Assembly: GCA_964016885.1 (NCBI GenBank)
Contig: OZ024743.1
Span: forward strand, 346,518,001 to 346,582,000
Source of the DNA: Eledone cirrhosa
Taxonomy: Eukaryota
Direction of reading: 5' to 3'
Length of the DNA stretch: 64,000 nt
Made by a program: the position numbers and the translations under genes. Under the pieces are notes generated by a model. That model was not told the DNA's origin, made no database searches, and worked only from the letters and a program-made list of their open reading frames with translations. This document shows positions 1 to 15,319 of the stretch, piece after piece (position 1 is the first letter of the stretch; each line of letters opens with the position of its first letter).

Positions 1-99
1 TTAAAATCAACTATCTGAAATACTACAGTTACATTCAGAAATAAATTTGGTATCATTGCCAGAAATGAGGTTAAGAAGGTTATTATGTGGTGCGCAGTT

Positions 100-720
100 A
101 CAATTTAACTTTCAATTAATTACTTTATTATTGCAATACACGTTAATGTTAGACTTTCTCAACTTGGTCTATATAATAAGGATAGATCAACTTATTTAAG
201 GATTGTACTGTGGTTACTAAAGGTAATTTAGTCGACTGCATTAGGTGGCGTAGTGAATTATATATTAATTGGGTTATTGTTAATTAATGTATGGTACCAA
301 TGTTTGGGAGGAATGTTTCTTTCTAAGATGCTGAAAAATAATTCAGGGATACTTGAGGTCACGTTTATTCTGAATGGAGTCTATAACCATGTCGTTTCAT
401 GCCCGTGATTTTTATGTTTATTGTGTGGCTAGTTGACTGTGTAACGTGCAGTTCTAGTTGAAGGTATAACGTTTTCTGTTATGTATATTGACTTTTTCTG
501 CTAGGTGGGATCTTCTATTTACAATATATGAAGTATTGAACGAATGTTCAACATTACTTGGTTCACTATGTACAAGAGATTGTACAGTCATTTATTATGT
601 TCTGGGTGAAAAAGCGGGCCGTTGTTCCTTTCAATTTTCAGAGGTTTAACATTATTGTGGTCTGAGTCTGTAGATAATTGGGGGTTTGGAAACAGACATT
701 ATCTCATTTAATTTTCCATA
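100..720 (-). mobile_element. Degenerate Penelope-like element fragment (RT thumb/linker region)
   Basis: Minus-strand translation W-L-*-TPFRINVTSSIPELFFSILERNIPPKHWYHTLINNNPINI*FTTPPN resembles the PLE motif WFNPPF...IGK.F..HF...YH..IN.N.I..SYST.PN, also seen at 24895-25030. Stops present; boundaries approximate. Confidence 0.6.
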
Positions 721-1199
721 TACGATATTAAGGGCTATTTTATTGTTATTAGGATAGCCCCATTTTAGAGCATTCCAAATAGTCTTTTGGTTCCTAACAC
801 TATTGAATCTATTCCTTTTTTTTTATAGAGTTACTAGTAATCACGTTTAAATGTTTATATGTTTTATAGTAGTTATTGGTAGGGATATAATATATTTTTT
901 TCCTTTTAACCAGATGTAACTAATAATTCATTATAATAACAGGCGCTGCAATAGAACATATCCACGTCGGTCGACAACCTGGGATTCTAGAATATACACA
1001 CGTAACGATAGAATTGATCACTGGTTTTAAATGATTAAACAAACTATGCACGTAGCATAGATGTTCTCCTGGTTTGTAATAAATCGGTATTGAGCAGTGT
1101 TCATTTCTAAAGCAATACTCAAAAATTTAACAATCTTATACTTTAAGTCTATTTTGTTGCTAAGGCTATAAGTTTTGAAAATTTTTAATGTTTTCTAGT

Positions 1200-2770
1200 C
1201 TACGCTGGTTAAAATTTTCCCACTGAAAATATACACATTGAAACAAACACAAACACATGCACAGCCACAGACACACTTACAGGCACAGACACATACACCT
1301 CATCTTCCAGTAGCGAAGAAGAACAAAACGATAACCCCCCCCCCCCCACACACACACACACACAAAAGAAAAAAAAGAAGGCACATAAAATCCTCCACAC
1401 AACACACACACACACAACAAAAAATGCAGACGCCTCACACAAAACAACCACAAACTTCCACAACAACAAACCACAATCTCCTAATCGCAATCACCCACAA
1501 CAAACACTACAACGAAACAAAACACAACCTCGTGCTATTAAGAAGGGACAACAAGGATTTGATGGCCATGATAGTGCGAAGGAAAGACATAGAAAAGGAG
1601 GGGGAAATATTCGGCACCACCACATTAAGCGTACCCGTGGATCGGTCGATGGTACTTATGTCGTTCGGTGCCTACAAAGAGATCATAAAGAGCATTCCTC
1701 AGGACGTGGAAACCCCGTAGGTGAAACCCACGGCAATACTCTTAAACCGGTTCCCAAAGAAAACCCCACCAACCATAGAGGTCGAACAATCTGTCCTTCA
1801 CAAGCCACCGGGAGGTAAGTAAACCTTTCTTCTCTCTTTTAGCTTGCCAATATGGCCATTCTAAGAGTATGATGCTTAAATGTTCGTGACCTGGGGTCGC
1901 CCTGGAAGTGGGGTCGCTTGCTCAACGTCTTCAGGTCACAAAATATGTTTGTGATTGTCGTCTGTGAGACCAGAATTTCCAACACATGCGCACTAGTCCA
2001 CATTTTCGACGACTATGATATCATCACATCTCTTAGTCGACCAGGAATGGGATGAAGTGTGGCAGTGCTGTTTAGGAAAGGCCTGGATCTCGAGGTAAGG
2101 TCAATCTTTCTGGACTCGGACGGAAAGTGGTCGTGGACGTGAGTTATAGCGAAGAAGGTGCTTTTAGACTGGTGGCCGAATTTCTTTAGGCACCAGAATG
2201 CCTTTCTGTGAACGTCACGCCCTTTACTGTTAAAGTGGAACTTGATCGGCATCTTAGACGCACATTCGAAATGTGTTAGAATAGCTGATATTTTGCAAAG
2301 GCCTCGAGTACCTAATCAGCCAATTCCAAATTCAGACAGATACCGAGCTGATTTCCCTAATGCCCCAGTGTAGACCTGGACCAACCGCATAGAGTCAACT
2401 AGATCGTATATAGATAGTCTTTTTATTAGATCAATATATAAAAATATTGTATGTTGTCCACATTTGCAAACCGTCGCCTATTCACATCACAGGTTTATGA
2501 TCTGCATGGTCGACCTAGATAAAACGCACAGTTTAGGACGTAGTTACTGGAAGCTGAACATGCCGTCTCCGGCAGGTAAAGCTTACAGCGACCAGGACAA
2601 CATTTTAGTTAAGCAAAAGTTGACTGGGGGGGATCGTCAACAACATTTGGTGGTGGTGGAAGAAAGATTAGAGTGATGTCGATATGTTTAGCGTTAGAGA
2701 AAAATAGAAAGGAGGGGGAGCTAGTATCTAAATTAGACGAAGATGTTTGTAGTGGCATTGCAACTGACGT
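1200..2770 (+). mobile_element. Tx1/L1-clade LINE remnant: ORF1 C-terminus plus APE endonuclease pseudogene
   Basis: From ~1852: MAILRV*CLNVRDLGS...VCETR (APE N-terminus), later SRSYID and YWKLN motifs. Homologous to 51480-53400. Multiple stops and frameshifts. Confidence 0.8.
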
Positions 2771-3244
2771 TGTTTTTTTTATTTTTATGTTTTTGTAATT
2801 GTTACTGCTGTCTTTGTTCATGTTGTTGTTGCTGTTATTGTTGTTGTTATGACAATTGACAAACACATTTCCTTCATTTTTTACCGTATAAATACGGTAT
2901 TTTAACTCTTTATTTTCATTATCGGCTGTCTGTTGACAGGCTTTCCGACTCTCTCTCTTTCTACCTTTCTGAACAGTATCGGAGATGCGTCGGGACGTCT
3001 CCATGTTTGAATTAGGCAGTGAAAACATAGATGACAAATAAAAGCTTGCTGGCAGAAAACCTCCGTAGGGGTGTCTTTCAACACATAATACTCTACTTCC
3101 TAGAAGCAGGTAGACTTAGAGAAACTTTTATCAAGTTTAAAAACTTAAATTAAAGATTAGAGCAAGCAAAAAAGGAAAATATACCTTGTAAATACTGGAG
3201 TTGATGTTTTCCGTGGCTTTCATTTAGAGAGTCCATAATATAAA

Positions 3245-3465
3245 TAATCATTTCTAGTATACACACAAGGCCAGTAATTTAAGGAGAGGGGAAAGTCGAT
3301 TAAATCGACCCCAGTACATTACTGGTGCTTTATTTTATCGACCCCCGTAAGGATGAAAGGCAAAGCTAACCTCGGTGGAATTTGAACTCAGATCGTAAAG
3401 GGTCATAACTCTATGCAGAAAAAGATGGTGTCCGACGCTTTAACAATAGAGCCAATCCACCATAA
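3245..3465 (-). mobile_element. tRNA-derived SINE, family 1 (Nin/Deu-like core, octopus OR-type)
   Basis: Reverse complement of GAGTTCAAAT B-box + GCCTTTCATCCTTACGGGGTCGATAAAATAAAG(T/C)ACCAGT core; more than 15 copies in the window. Confidence 0.8.
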
Positions 3466-3569
3466 ATTTCCTTTATTGGCCAAATGGCCGACATATAGCC
3501 GACTTTACACAGAGAGGGACAGTTGGGGGGTAAATAGCAATAACAAAATAACAATAGTGTGACACTCTG

Positions 3570-3890
3570 TCAGTTACGACGACGAGTGTTCCAGTTGATA
3601 CGGTCCATGGAACAGCCTGCTCCTGGAATTAACATGGTAGTGGCTCAGCATTGAACAAACATCCGTACATTTAAGGCAGTTCCCGGGAGATTCAGTGTCA
3701 CTCAGAATATGACAAGGCTGGCCCATCGAATTACCGGTACGACCCATTTTTGCGAGCTGAGTCGCCTGATGCAATGTGAAATGAAATGTTTTTCTCAGGA
3801 ACACAACGCACCACCCAGTCCTGGATATGAACAACCAACCTAACGATTGTGAGCCCAACGCTCTAACCTCTAAGCCATGCATCTTCACAA
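3570..3890 (-). mobile_element. tRNA-derived SINE, family 2
   Basis: tRNA-like head on the minus strand (ATGGCTTAGAGGTTAGAGCG...); related pieces at ~6200-6350, 28015-28125, 32720-32860 and 46258-46320. Confidence 0.7.
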
Positions 3891-3959
3891 AATATATTTT
3901 TTTAAAAATTGTTATAAAAGAATAAGAATGAAATTATAACAAATTACATTCCCCAATAG

Positions 3960-4835
3960 GGGCTGGGGTAACCACCCAGGGGTGACTCAGGTAGCCACTC
4001 TCACCCAGAATTGGGCCGAGAGGAAGCCGTCCTTGAAAGGCCGAGCGGAGGTGACGAACGCGTACATCGCGTCCGTCATCTACTACCTCCTGACCATCGT
4101 ACCATGCCCCGTTTGTGCCTCGCCAAATTGGAGCGGCTCCTCTTCAACTTATTGTGTAGGGGACAAGTTCCGTTGGTGAGGCGGTCCATCTGCTGCCAGC
4201 ATCATTTGCATGGAGGACTGGGCATGACGTGGCTAATGATGTGGAAACATGCGATGAGGTTGCGTGTAGAACGGATCCATTTATCGGCCGAATCTATATT
4301 GATGATCGACCCGCTGCATTTATTTGGCCGGAAAAGGCTGGCAGTTCTCTGGTGGCGGTAGCCAAAGAGGTTGTGTGGTGGTCCAGGTTGAAAGGACTGA
4401 AAATGGACTGTTTTATCTTCAGCCAATCCCTCATCAACTTTTTCAAGTTTCACTTGGAAAGGAAGGTGGATATCAAGAAAGAAGTACTGTCCCCCAGTAC
4501 ATTTGCTAAACTGTAGGTGAATGTGGTGAGAACGGCCAGTGTGAATGGGCCTAATCTGAGCATGCACCTGAAGGCTTGTGTATTTGAGGTAATGAGTTGT
4601 GCCCCTCCCGAGTCTCTTCGAGTCGTTCGGTGGAGTAACTGAGCCGCGCTCTGGGTGGTTATTGCCCCTATTGAGGAATGTAATTTCTTATAATTTTGTT
4701 ATTTTGTTATTGTTTTCTTCACTTTTAGTCAATTTGATTGTAACCCACCCACCCACCGCCCACACACACACCCGATCATGTCCCTGTCTTTTGTATTGTC
4801 CCGTATTTATAGGCCCTTGTGGCCAATAAAGAAAT
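3960..4835 (+). mobile_element. Tx1/L1-clade LINE 3' fragment (post-RT region + 3' UTR)
   Basis: WAERKPSLKGRAEVTNAYIASVIYY...GGLGM motifs typical of the L1/Tx1 ORF2 C-terminal part; AATAAA at ~4825; similar to 52017-52979 and 54400-54950. Confidence 0.8.
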
Positions 4836-4864
4836 TATTATATTCACCATCAAGGACAATTGAT

Positions 4865-5250
4865 TAGCCATATCGGCAGAGCAATTACGGTATAGAGTTT
4901 CGTCCCTTTGCGTTCTGCGTTCAAACCCCACCGAGGTTAGCTTTGCACTTCGTCTTTACGGGGTCGTTAAAATAAAGTACCAGTAACGTACTGAGATCGA
5001 TTTACTTGACTTTCCCTTGCAATTGTCAACCTTGTTCCTAATTTTTTATTATTATGGCGGTAGATTGGCAGTATCCGTAGCGGGTTGGACGCTATGCTTC
5101 GCAGCATAGAGTTACGGCCCTTTACAGCCTGAGTCCAAATCCAGCCGAGGTTAACTTTGCGTTTCATAGTTACGGGGTCGATAAATTAAAGTACCAGTAA
5201 TCCACTGGGATAATTTCTGGCCTTTTGCCAAAAGTAGAAGCAATTTTTAT
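4865..5250 (+). mobile_element. Two tandem family-1 SINEs
   Basis: Two successive A/B-box + CGGGGTCG(T/A)TAAA...GTACCAGTAA units. Confidence 0.75.
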
Positions 5251-5312
5251 TATTGTGGTTGCTTTCGTTGCATCAGTGCTGTTGTTGTTTTCGTTGTCTT
5301 TTAGCTCTATAC

Positions 5313-5448
5313 CAGTCATGGGCAAACTGCGGCCCGCGAGCCGCATGCGGTGCGTTTGGCTTTCTGAATTGCACGCCTAATTCCAAAATTGCCTTAAATG
5401 TTTTTAATAGTGCGGCCCTCTGCTAAAAAAAAAGGTTTTCAATACCTG
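5313..5448. mobile_element. hAT (Charlie-like) MITE
   Basis: Starts CAGTCATGGGCAAACTGCGGCCCGCG, ends ...AATACCTG; near-perfect 8-bp TSD CTCTATAC (5305-5312) / CTCTATAT (5449-5456); internal TGCGGCCC motifs. Confidence 0.75.
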
Positions 5449-6089
5449 CTCTATATTATCCTAAATGAAGCAGCCATAGTGGAAAATATATTCCAGGCGT
5501 AACTATATAATTGATTTGTGTCCTTCACATAGTATTGCCTTATAATAGATTTGGCTGCTATTTCGAGCCACCCGACTGACTAGGTGGAGGATTATTCGTA
5601 TCCACCCACCTTTTGTCATTCCTGTTGATATTATCGTTGCTGTTATTGTTATTGATTTTTATTGTAGCACTAGTAGCCGTTGTTGTTGAGATAAATGTTA
5701 TTGTTGCTCTTGAAGTTGTTTTCCTTCTTGTTGATGCATTCATATATTATGTTGCCGTTGTTTTTGTTATTGTATTGTGATTGATGTATATTTTTATTGC
5801 AGTGATTACGTTAGTCTCATAAATTCCTTTCTTTTTACACAACAAACCACCAGTACAGGCATCATCAACATCACCATTCTCGCAGTTACCATCAATACCG
5901 ACACACTATTGCCTTCAACATTAACACTACTGCCACCATCAGTACAATGTACAGCACCACAACCATCACTGCCACCAGCACCTCTGATAACATTAACACT
6001 ACCAACAACATATCTATCTATCTACCTATAGATATTTAAAGAGAGAGATAGAGAGTGATATGGATAGGGAGAGAGAGGTAAAGACAGAG

Positions 6090-6193
<104 letters not shown>

Positions 6194-7239
6194 GCAGATA
6201 TGAGTGCGGGATTATGAAGTTCGTTTCGTAATCACGTCCTACTGCATAGTATCTTGGCTAAGGTCGTCTCTTAGCAAAGCATTGTATTGACACAAGTTTT
6301 GAGAGAGAAATCGGTTAGATTAGATGAAAAGAGTGTGGAATTTTTTAGGATGGATGATACTGGTAATTTAAAGGTGCGACCTTATCAACGTTGCCATAAG
6401 GTTTCAATGCTGGAAGTATTGTATCTACTTTATACGCTAATTCAACGACAACGTCGTTCAATTAATCGAGTGAATGGACGTATATCTGTTTGTCTGTATG
6501 AATTTAAATCACACCTTCTGTTCCTCTTAAAACTATGATGCATCTAACATAATTTGCGGCCGGCAGATAATATCAGTAATGGTAAGAATAATGAAAACAC
6601 ATTTCCCTTGGAAATCCCAATTCAAATTTCAAAGATTTACGCATATATTTGCAGCATTTTAAATTTAAAATATTTCCAAATATCAATGAAGTCATAAAAA
6701 TTACGGGCATTGAGATTCTGTATATATTTTTGAATGGTATGCTCCATAAATGTGTATATTCTTTTACTCTTTTACCTGTTCCAGAAATCCGGTTGAGGCC
6801 ATGCTGGGACTTTTTGTATGTAAGTATTTCACGTAAATTTATTCAAAATCTTTTACCCCATTTCCATAATCCCAAATCAAATACTTCCTCCAACTTTTCT
6901 TTCATTATTCCTTCTGTTCGTTTCACTTTTCATTTTCTTTCTTTGTTTTTTTTTTATCTTCGTTTCTCCTTTATAAACTATAAATAAATTTACCCATATG
7001 CCTCACCGACTAATTATAAAAGAAAAATATCTTCCATGCAACACACTTATCTATAATCACACATACGCCTATGCCTGGTCTCATATAATTCCTATGACGA
7101 GGATATCTCCGGACGCTGTGGCTGATAATGCGCTTGTAAGTTCTTATGATTTTTACGACCTTCTTTGAGGAAAACTATGGTGACCATGTGCGTTACCGTT
7201 TTCCTGACACAGTTTTTCTTTACTACAATTAATACACAC

Positions 7240-8010
7240 GTATGTACTTATTGAAAAGATGAAAAATATAGAGCTTGTCTATGTAACTGAGTCGCTAATG
7301 CTACATCAGTCGCAGATCGATGTCGAGCCTCAGGAATCTGGAATGTTACTAGATCAAGCAATCGGTGAAAGGAAAATCATTGCAGTATATTGGGTTTTAG
7401 TTGGGAATATATATGACGAAGGCAAGGAGGAATTCTGGGTGTTGAAGTGGAGAGTCTAAGCAGTCTGTTCTCAAGCAATTGTATGTCGGGAAATATGGAT
7501 ATGTTCTGGCAGTGCTACAGGGAGTATTGCGTCTCCGAGGTGCGTGCTAAACATCGAAACAGGTTTGCATGAGCGCCTTCAGTGCTCCTGCATTACTGGA
7601 TTTGAGTTAGTCTAAAACAGCTGATATCAGATGTAGAACGCATCTGGTTATCATCCGAGACTCTTATGGAAATCGACATATAGACGTAATAGACGTTCTC
7701 TGTTAGGTAGCCATGGTGATGAATGTAGACTAAAGGGCGCACTTGAAACGGGCGAAGACACCCAATTTCCCGCTATAGTCAAGACATTGTCGGCTTTTTC
7801 ATGTATCATTTGAAAAGGAATGTGAGGTCAGTGATGAGGGATGTTTATAAAACATGCCGTAAGCATTGAAACTGGCTCAGCTATATGCTCCTAAACTGAT
7901 TATGTGACCATAAACAGTAGACAAGTAACTAGGTGAGTTTTGAAGCATTTCATGCAGCCAATTAAGTTGGGATTTTGTGGGACTTCTCGAAAATGTCGAT
8001 CAGATATTCC
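7240..8010 (+). mobile_element. Possible highly decayed Gypsy-type integrase remnant
   Basis: Fragmentary motifs RDVYKTCRKH and WDFVGLL resemble the integrase Zn-finger and DFVGPL core; many stops. Confidence 0.3.
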
Positions 8011-8557
8011 CCTTCTCGGGGATCTTATGTTAATATTATGTTATTTATCATTCTGGGGAATTTCAACTTCGTTTTACTTGACTCAAACACTTACTGTGTT
8101 TCCGTCCTTAATATACTGAATATATTGGGTTCTGGTGCCCAATTATAAGAAACTGTTATTAATATATTGCTTTCATTATTCGATAAAAAGATTAGCTGTC
8201 AAATATTGTGGTCGATTTCATAATCAATTTTCCCCCAAAATGCTAGTCTTTTGCGTAAATTAGAAAGCTATCATAATTTTGTTGAATTATCAGAACTGTT
8301 ATAAAGTTCAACAAAATGTTCTAAGTTGTTTGTTGCGTTCTAAGTTCATACCCAGCAACATTTTATTTGACTTTCTTTATTCAAAAGTAGATTAACAGAG
8401 CGCCATTTAATCCACGAGTGTCACCCTTACTTACATAATTTTCAGTTATTGACATTGAGATGAAATCAATTATTATCATTATTCTCACTTTTTCTTCCAC
8501 AAACAAAACTAATTCTACATTTTTCTAAATTTCAACCAACAAAATATCATGACTAAA

Positions 8558-8834
8558 TACCACCACCACTGCCAACAATTTCATTGCTGCTGATGTTGAT
8601 GCTGCTGTTACTACTACTGCTACTACTACTACTACTACTACAACTACTACTACTACTACAACTACTACTACTACTACCACCTCCACCACCTCCACCACTA
8701 CTAAAACTACTACTACCACCACCAACACCACCACCACCACCACCACTACTAATACTGCTGCTACTATTATCATTACTACTACTACTACCACCACCACCAC
8801 TATTACTACCAACACCACCACCACCACCACCACA

Positions 8835-8902
<68 letters not shown>

Positions 8903-9173
8903 CAACCCCACCGCCAGCACCACCAACACTACTACTACAACTACCACTACCAGCACCACCACCACCACTTGCACCACCACCACCACCACCACTATTACTA
9001 CTACCACCACCACCACCACCACCCCTACTACTACCAACACCACCACCACCACCACCACAACCACTACTACTACTACTACTACTACTGCTACTACTACTAC
9101 TACAACTACAACTACTACAACTACCACCACCCCCACCGCCAGCACCACCACCACTACTACTACAACTAGCATT

Positions 9174-9204
<31 letters not shown>

Positions 9205-9350
9205 CTACTACTACCAACACCACCACCACCACCGCTACCACTACTACTACAACCACCACCAGCACTACCACCACCACCGCTACTACTACATCCACCACCA
9301 CCACCACCACCACCACCACCACACTACTACTATACTAGATTATTACTATT
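8558..9350. repeat. Compound trinucleotide repeat (ACT/ACC/ACA)n
   Basis: ~800 bp mixed CTA/CCA tract; yields spurious poly-V, poly-P/L and poly-H/Y ORFs. Confidence 0.95.
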
Positions 9351-9499
9351 ACTCGAGGTGAACGTTTCTAATAAATTATGAGGACAAAGTCCATTGTCTA
9401 ATGTTTCTTGTTTTATAGTCAGACAATTCAAATAGGTTTTAATTTTATGGCTATTTATGATGTTGATGTTGTCCAATAGTTCTCTTAGTTTTTAACATT

Positions 9500-10200
<701 letters not shown>

Positions 10201-10706
10201 TATATACCTATCCGACCTCCTCGGTATATACTTACATATATCACAAATGTTTATTCACTCGATGTTTTTCCTCTCTAGGTTCTGTTTAACATAAGCTAAT
10301 GTCAGGATAAATCTAAGACAGAAGCTAAACAATAAAACTTTGTGACGTCCGACCTCCCCAACGTCCCTAGTTCCTTGCATCACACCCTACATCGATGCTC
10401 TCCTATATCAATTTTCACCATCACACCACTTTACACTACACAACCACCGGACTACCAGCGAAAATACACTACATATCTACCACAACACTTTATAGTTCAA
10501 TAGTCACAAACGATGAGCTCGTAAAACATAGTTTTCCAATTGAGGAATCAAACCCCAAACGGTATAACAACCGGTTGTAATGCGTTGAAGGCTTCTTGTC
10601 TCAGCGGCAAATATTTTAAATCTATCATAGTTGTCCATCTTCAATTTTGAATTAGCTTTCTAGAAACAGTATGCTATTGGAGATTGAAAAGAAAAGGAAA
10701 AATATG

Positions 10707-10737
<31 letters not shown>

Positions 10738-10772
10738 ATGTATGTATGTAAGTCTGTATGTATGTATATATG

Positions 10773-10846
<74 letters not shown>

Positions 10847-10874
10847 TATAAATATATATAAATATATATATATA

Positions 10875-10935
<61 letters not shown>

Positions 10936-11744
10936 AAACTTATATGAGCGTGTATACACATGCGCACGCAAACACATAAAACACCCACATTCTACCTCTG
11001 TATGTCTCTCTCTCTCACTCTCTCACACAAACACACACATACGGAATGTGGTTTACGAGGTTTTGGGCTGCTATTTTTAATGGTCGAGCGACAATATAAG
11101 GCTCACTAGATGCTCCACCTTATATACTATAGTAGTGTTGTTCATGCGAGATTTTGGCAGGGACGTCCGAGTATAGGTTGAATAACATTTATTTCATGCT
11201 TTGCGTTCTGAGTTCAAATCCGGTAAAGTCACTCTGTTTCGCTCAACCAGCTTGCACTTACATACATTTATGGAAGTCCAGTCTGTTGTAGGCGTTCGAG
11301 TAATGTCTCCGATTTGAAAATACTTCCTACTTTTCTTCCTCTCCCCAACAATCAGAGGACATGTTTAAAGATCACGAGTGCTGTCGTAACCACTCCCTCC
11401 CCTGACAACACATTGGAAAAGAAAACATGTAGCTTAATATAAAATTGTATATTTTAGTGGGATATTAAATAGTGAAATACTATGATGTATAGTAATGCTC
11501 TGTGCAGTGTCCTACATAATTTTAAGCATAAGTTGCAATGGTTCCACTTGGTGCATGTTTAATTCTTACTTTAACATATTACTAATGAAATACTCTGCCT
11601 AATGTGTTTTAAATAATTTGGAAGGATTTAGCAAATAGTTTGCACATTACTATGATTAAACACAAATTTAAATATTTTACATAACAAGGTTTAAGGGGGT
11701 TTGGTATCAAAATGCTTAAATTAAACCATTATTAATCAGTATCA

Positions 11745-12325
11745 AGGCGGTGGATTGGCAGTATCGGTAGAGAATCGGACGCCATGCTTTCCAGCATAGT
11801 TACGTCCCTTTACCATCTGAGTTCAAATCCCGCCAAGGTTGACTTTGCCTTTCATCCTTACGGGGTCGATAAAATAAAGTACCAGTAATGCACCGGGTAA
11901 TTGTTGGCCTTGTGCCTAAAGTAGAAACAATTATTAATCAGTATCAGTAGAACATAGGACACCATGCTTTGCCGCATTAGGAGTCATGACCCTTTAAGTT
12001 CTGAATTAAAATCCCACCAGGTTAACTTTGCCTTTCATACTTACGGGTTCGATAAAATAAAGTACCAGTAATGCGCTGGAGTGTTTCCTGGTCTTGTGAC
12101 CAAAGTAGAAACAATTATTAATTAAGCAATGGCAGTGGATTGGCAGTATCGGTAGAGCGTCAGACACCATGCTTTGCAGCATAGGGTTATGGCCCTTTAG
12201 GTTATGAATCCAAATCCCGCCGAGGTTACCTTTGCCTTTCATACTTATGGAGTCGATAAAATAAAGTACCAGTAATGCACTGGGCTAATTGCTTGCCTTG
12301 TGCCAAAAGTAGAAACAATTATTAA
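11745..12325 (+). mobile_element. Head-to-tail array of three family-1 SINEs
   Basis: Three ~180-200 bp units, each ending AAAGTAGAAACAATTATTAAT. Confidence 0.85.
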
Positions 12326-12639
12326 TTAGTTCGTGCTATCTCTGCCTGTATGTAACTTTATTGCTATTTCTGTCTGCCCCTTTCCAGAGATTTATCAATA
12401 CATTTGACATCATTTCTAATGAGAATATATACTGAAGATCGGCATTGCTAATGTTTATTTATAATGTTTTCTTTTCTACCATTACTAGTAGTAATATTAG
12501 GCTCACGCTTGTATATAGAAATTGTGTAAATTGCTAAAATCTTTTAAATGACACACACAAATGTACTCACAAATACATACAAATGCATATATTTGTGACA
12601 CGGCCGTAACTATGTATAATCAATAAAGACCTTAATGTG

Positions 12640-13250
12640 AAACCTCCCTTTGTTTGTAACATATACATCCTGCCATAGCATAGCCCAAACAGCTAATTTT
12701 GGTACCTTCCTCAGTACACCACGAAGCTACTGAATCACTTATTATGTTTGGGTATAACTGACGTTTGAGTCCTGCTAGGGTCTTACTTATGCCCAGAAAT
12801 GCCATGCATCGCAAAAAATGTCACATATCAAGCGATGCCTGTGTTTGAAGCTTTTTTTACGTAAGGAAAGGCTTTGCACGGTGCCATTCCCAATCTCTGA
12901 ACATCGAATGCATTTACCCAAAAACTAGAACTGGTCTACATCATTGGATGCAAACGAAGGCGCAGGTTTTATATCAGAGTGACCTTCTTATAGAGAGATG
13001 TCTTAATGAAGACTAGGAGTCTCTCGCTCCAGAAAAAAAAAGTCTTTATTGGATTACCGTAGATTCTCCTGAGTTCCTCCACCCTTGGACGGGTTTGTTT
13101 TTCACCCTGCAGGGTATCCAAAATCACCCTCCTCACCAAGTAATCTTGGTGGGTTTGCCGATTTAGTCACCGACTACCTGACCATGCATAGGTTTTAATT
13201 GGTTACATGTTACTATTGGCGCTGAAGAGCGACCTGACCTAACAGTTGGC
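12640..13250 (-). mobile_element. RTE-like LINE 5' remnant
   Basis: GC-richer decayed segment with RTE-type 5' UTR appearance and a degenerate (G)TWNV.SL-like endonuclease start near 12890 on the minus strand. Confidence 0.35.
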
Positions 13251-13975
13251 AAATCTCAGTTTCTTCTATTCTTTCTTTTAGACCGAATGATAAAAACACT
13301 GTATCATAAACATACATACATAGATACATACATATATACATACAAATAGACTACTCAAAATAGCAGCAGAATTATGAAAAAAAACTAATAGAAAAATAAA
13401 TAAAATTCAGATAAGGTGGAAGGTCAGTGTGTGTAAAATGTACAACGTATAGCAAAACGGATAAGCGGATAGCATAAACATCTTTATTATCTATTTAGGG
13501 GGTTCTTACAACATACCAAACATCAAAATAATATAAGGAAATTTAGAAAGAAGGTAGAATACAAGATACAAAAGACGTAAAAAGGCGACAAAAATAGACG
13601 AGATTAGGAAGTCAAAAATATACAGTCGTGCATATACTTGGTAAGTTTATATGGAAACCTTGTGATAATGTTTTATAACTTAACATGGCTTCTTCATATC
13701 GACAAAATATGTCCAGAATGCGTTAGGTGTCATGGCGATATAAAACGTTTTGTTTATCTGGCTGTTTGAGATTTTGTTGCTGGGTTTTTTTTTTAAGATT
13801 GTTTCTTATATGGCGTATATTCACTTTTGTTGTTTCTCTGTTGTTTTTTTTTTAGTTTTTTTTTAATTTTCTTCTTCCTTTGCTGTTGTTGTTATGTCTG
13901 CAGGCTAGCTTGTTCATAGCGTTTGAGGATAGACAGGGTAGATGTGGACATTTTCGATATTCTACTATCGCCGAA

Positions 13976-14020
<45 letters not shown>

Positions 14021-14844
14021 GCTGCTGCTACTGCTACTACTACTACTACTACTACTATCATTACATGGCCAGTTTATGATACACTGTTTTTATCATTCTG
14101 TCTAAAATAAAGAATGGAAGAAATTGAGATTTGCCAACTGTTATCTAGAATCAACACACGCAAACAAACATATGCGCGTGTGCACACACATCCCCCACAC
14201 TCACGTACACACGAATACAAATGAGTACACGTGTACTAACACACACACATTCACATACCATCGCACACATATGATACAAACTGAGAGTGATTCACATTCT
14301 ATACGCACACATACCTATGCAAATATGTACACTCACATACACATACTTGTACACACACTCAACAAATACATGACTATAGCCATTTCACAACATATAAACA
14401 TGAAGACACCTCTACAAATATGAATGCACATGTTGCTTAGACACAGGGGAATATTTCAGATATACAAAGACATATTTTTTGAAAATTTCTAACACACGCT
14501 CAGAAATATCCATTGAAACAAACATGACACAAACATGCCTGGTTATTTCTTTCGCAATCCTAATCAGCAAAGAAGGGGTAATGTTCATTACTCAGTTTTT
14601 TTGTACTTCCAAGATCGGTTAGAGAGAAAAGGAGGGAGATTGGCTCAAATTAGAGACATGGTCCGAAATCTTGAAAAAAAAGGGATGCAACTAAAGGCGT
14701 TCAAACAGATTATAGGGGTGTTAAAATGAGCGATGGATCAACTCTATTAACATATTGAAGAACTTCGCGGTTATATGCATGCACACACACACACACACGT
14801 AGGCAGACAAACACACAGAGACACACATATATATGTGTGTGTAT

Positions 14845-14921
<77 letters not shown>

Positions 14922-15227
14922 TGTGTGTGTGTGTGCGTGTACATGTGTGTACGTTGTAATAACTTGGTAGAAATATCCAATGTAGAGAGCAGTTGGTCAT
15001 GTTATCCGTATTGCCAATATAAACAAGCAAACGAACCATATACTTTTCACTTTATCTTTAATATAAGTTATTCGTTAGTTCGTCACAGTTCTTTCGTCAC
15101 ACACTATGAGACCTCCTCAATGACTATTTTGTGCCTTCTCTTCTTTTTTCTCTTAATCTGCTATTCCCTTTCTGTATTTGTTATGATGTACATGTATTCG
15201 TGCTTGCACATGCGTTTCGGCCAGCGA

Positions 15228-15319
<92 letters not shown>

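Noticed and set aside
8525-9381. 265-aa poly-Val and poly-Pro/Leu ORFs (mucin- or extensin-like)
   Set aside because: Stop-free frames of a trinucleotide repeat; no splice or unique-sequence support.
14535-14729. Short ORF with a possible acceptor (…DRLERKGGRLAQIRDMVRNLEKK…)
   Set aside because: No recognisable domain or partner exons; cannot be distinguished from chance.
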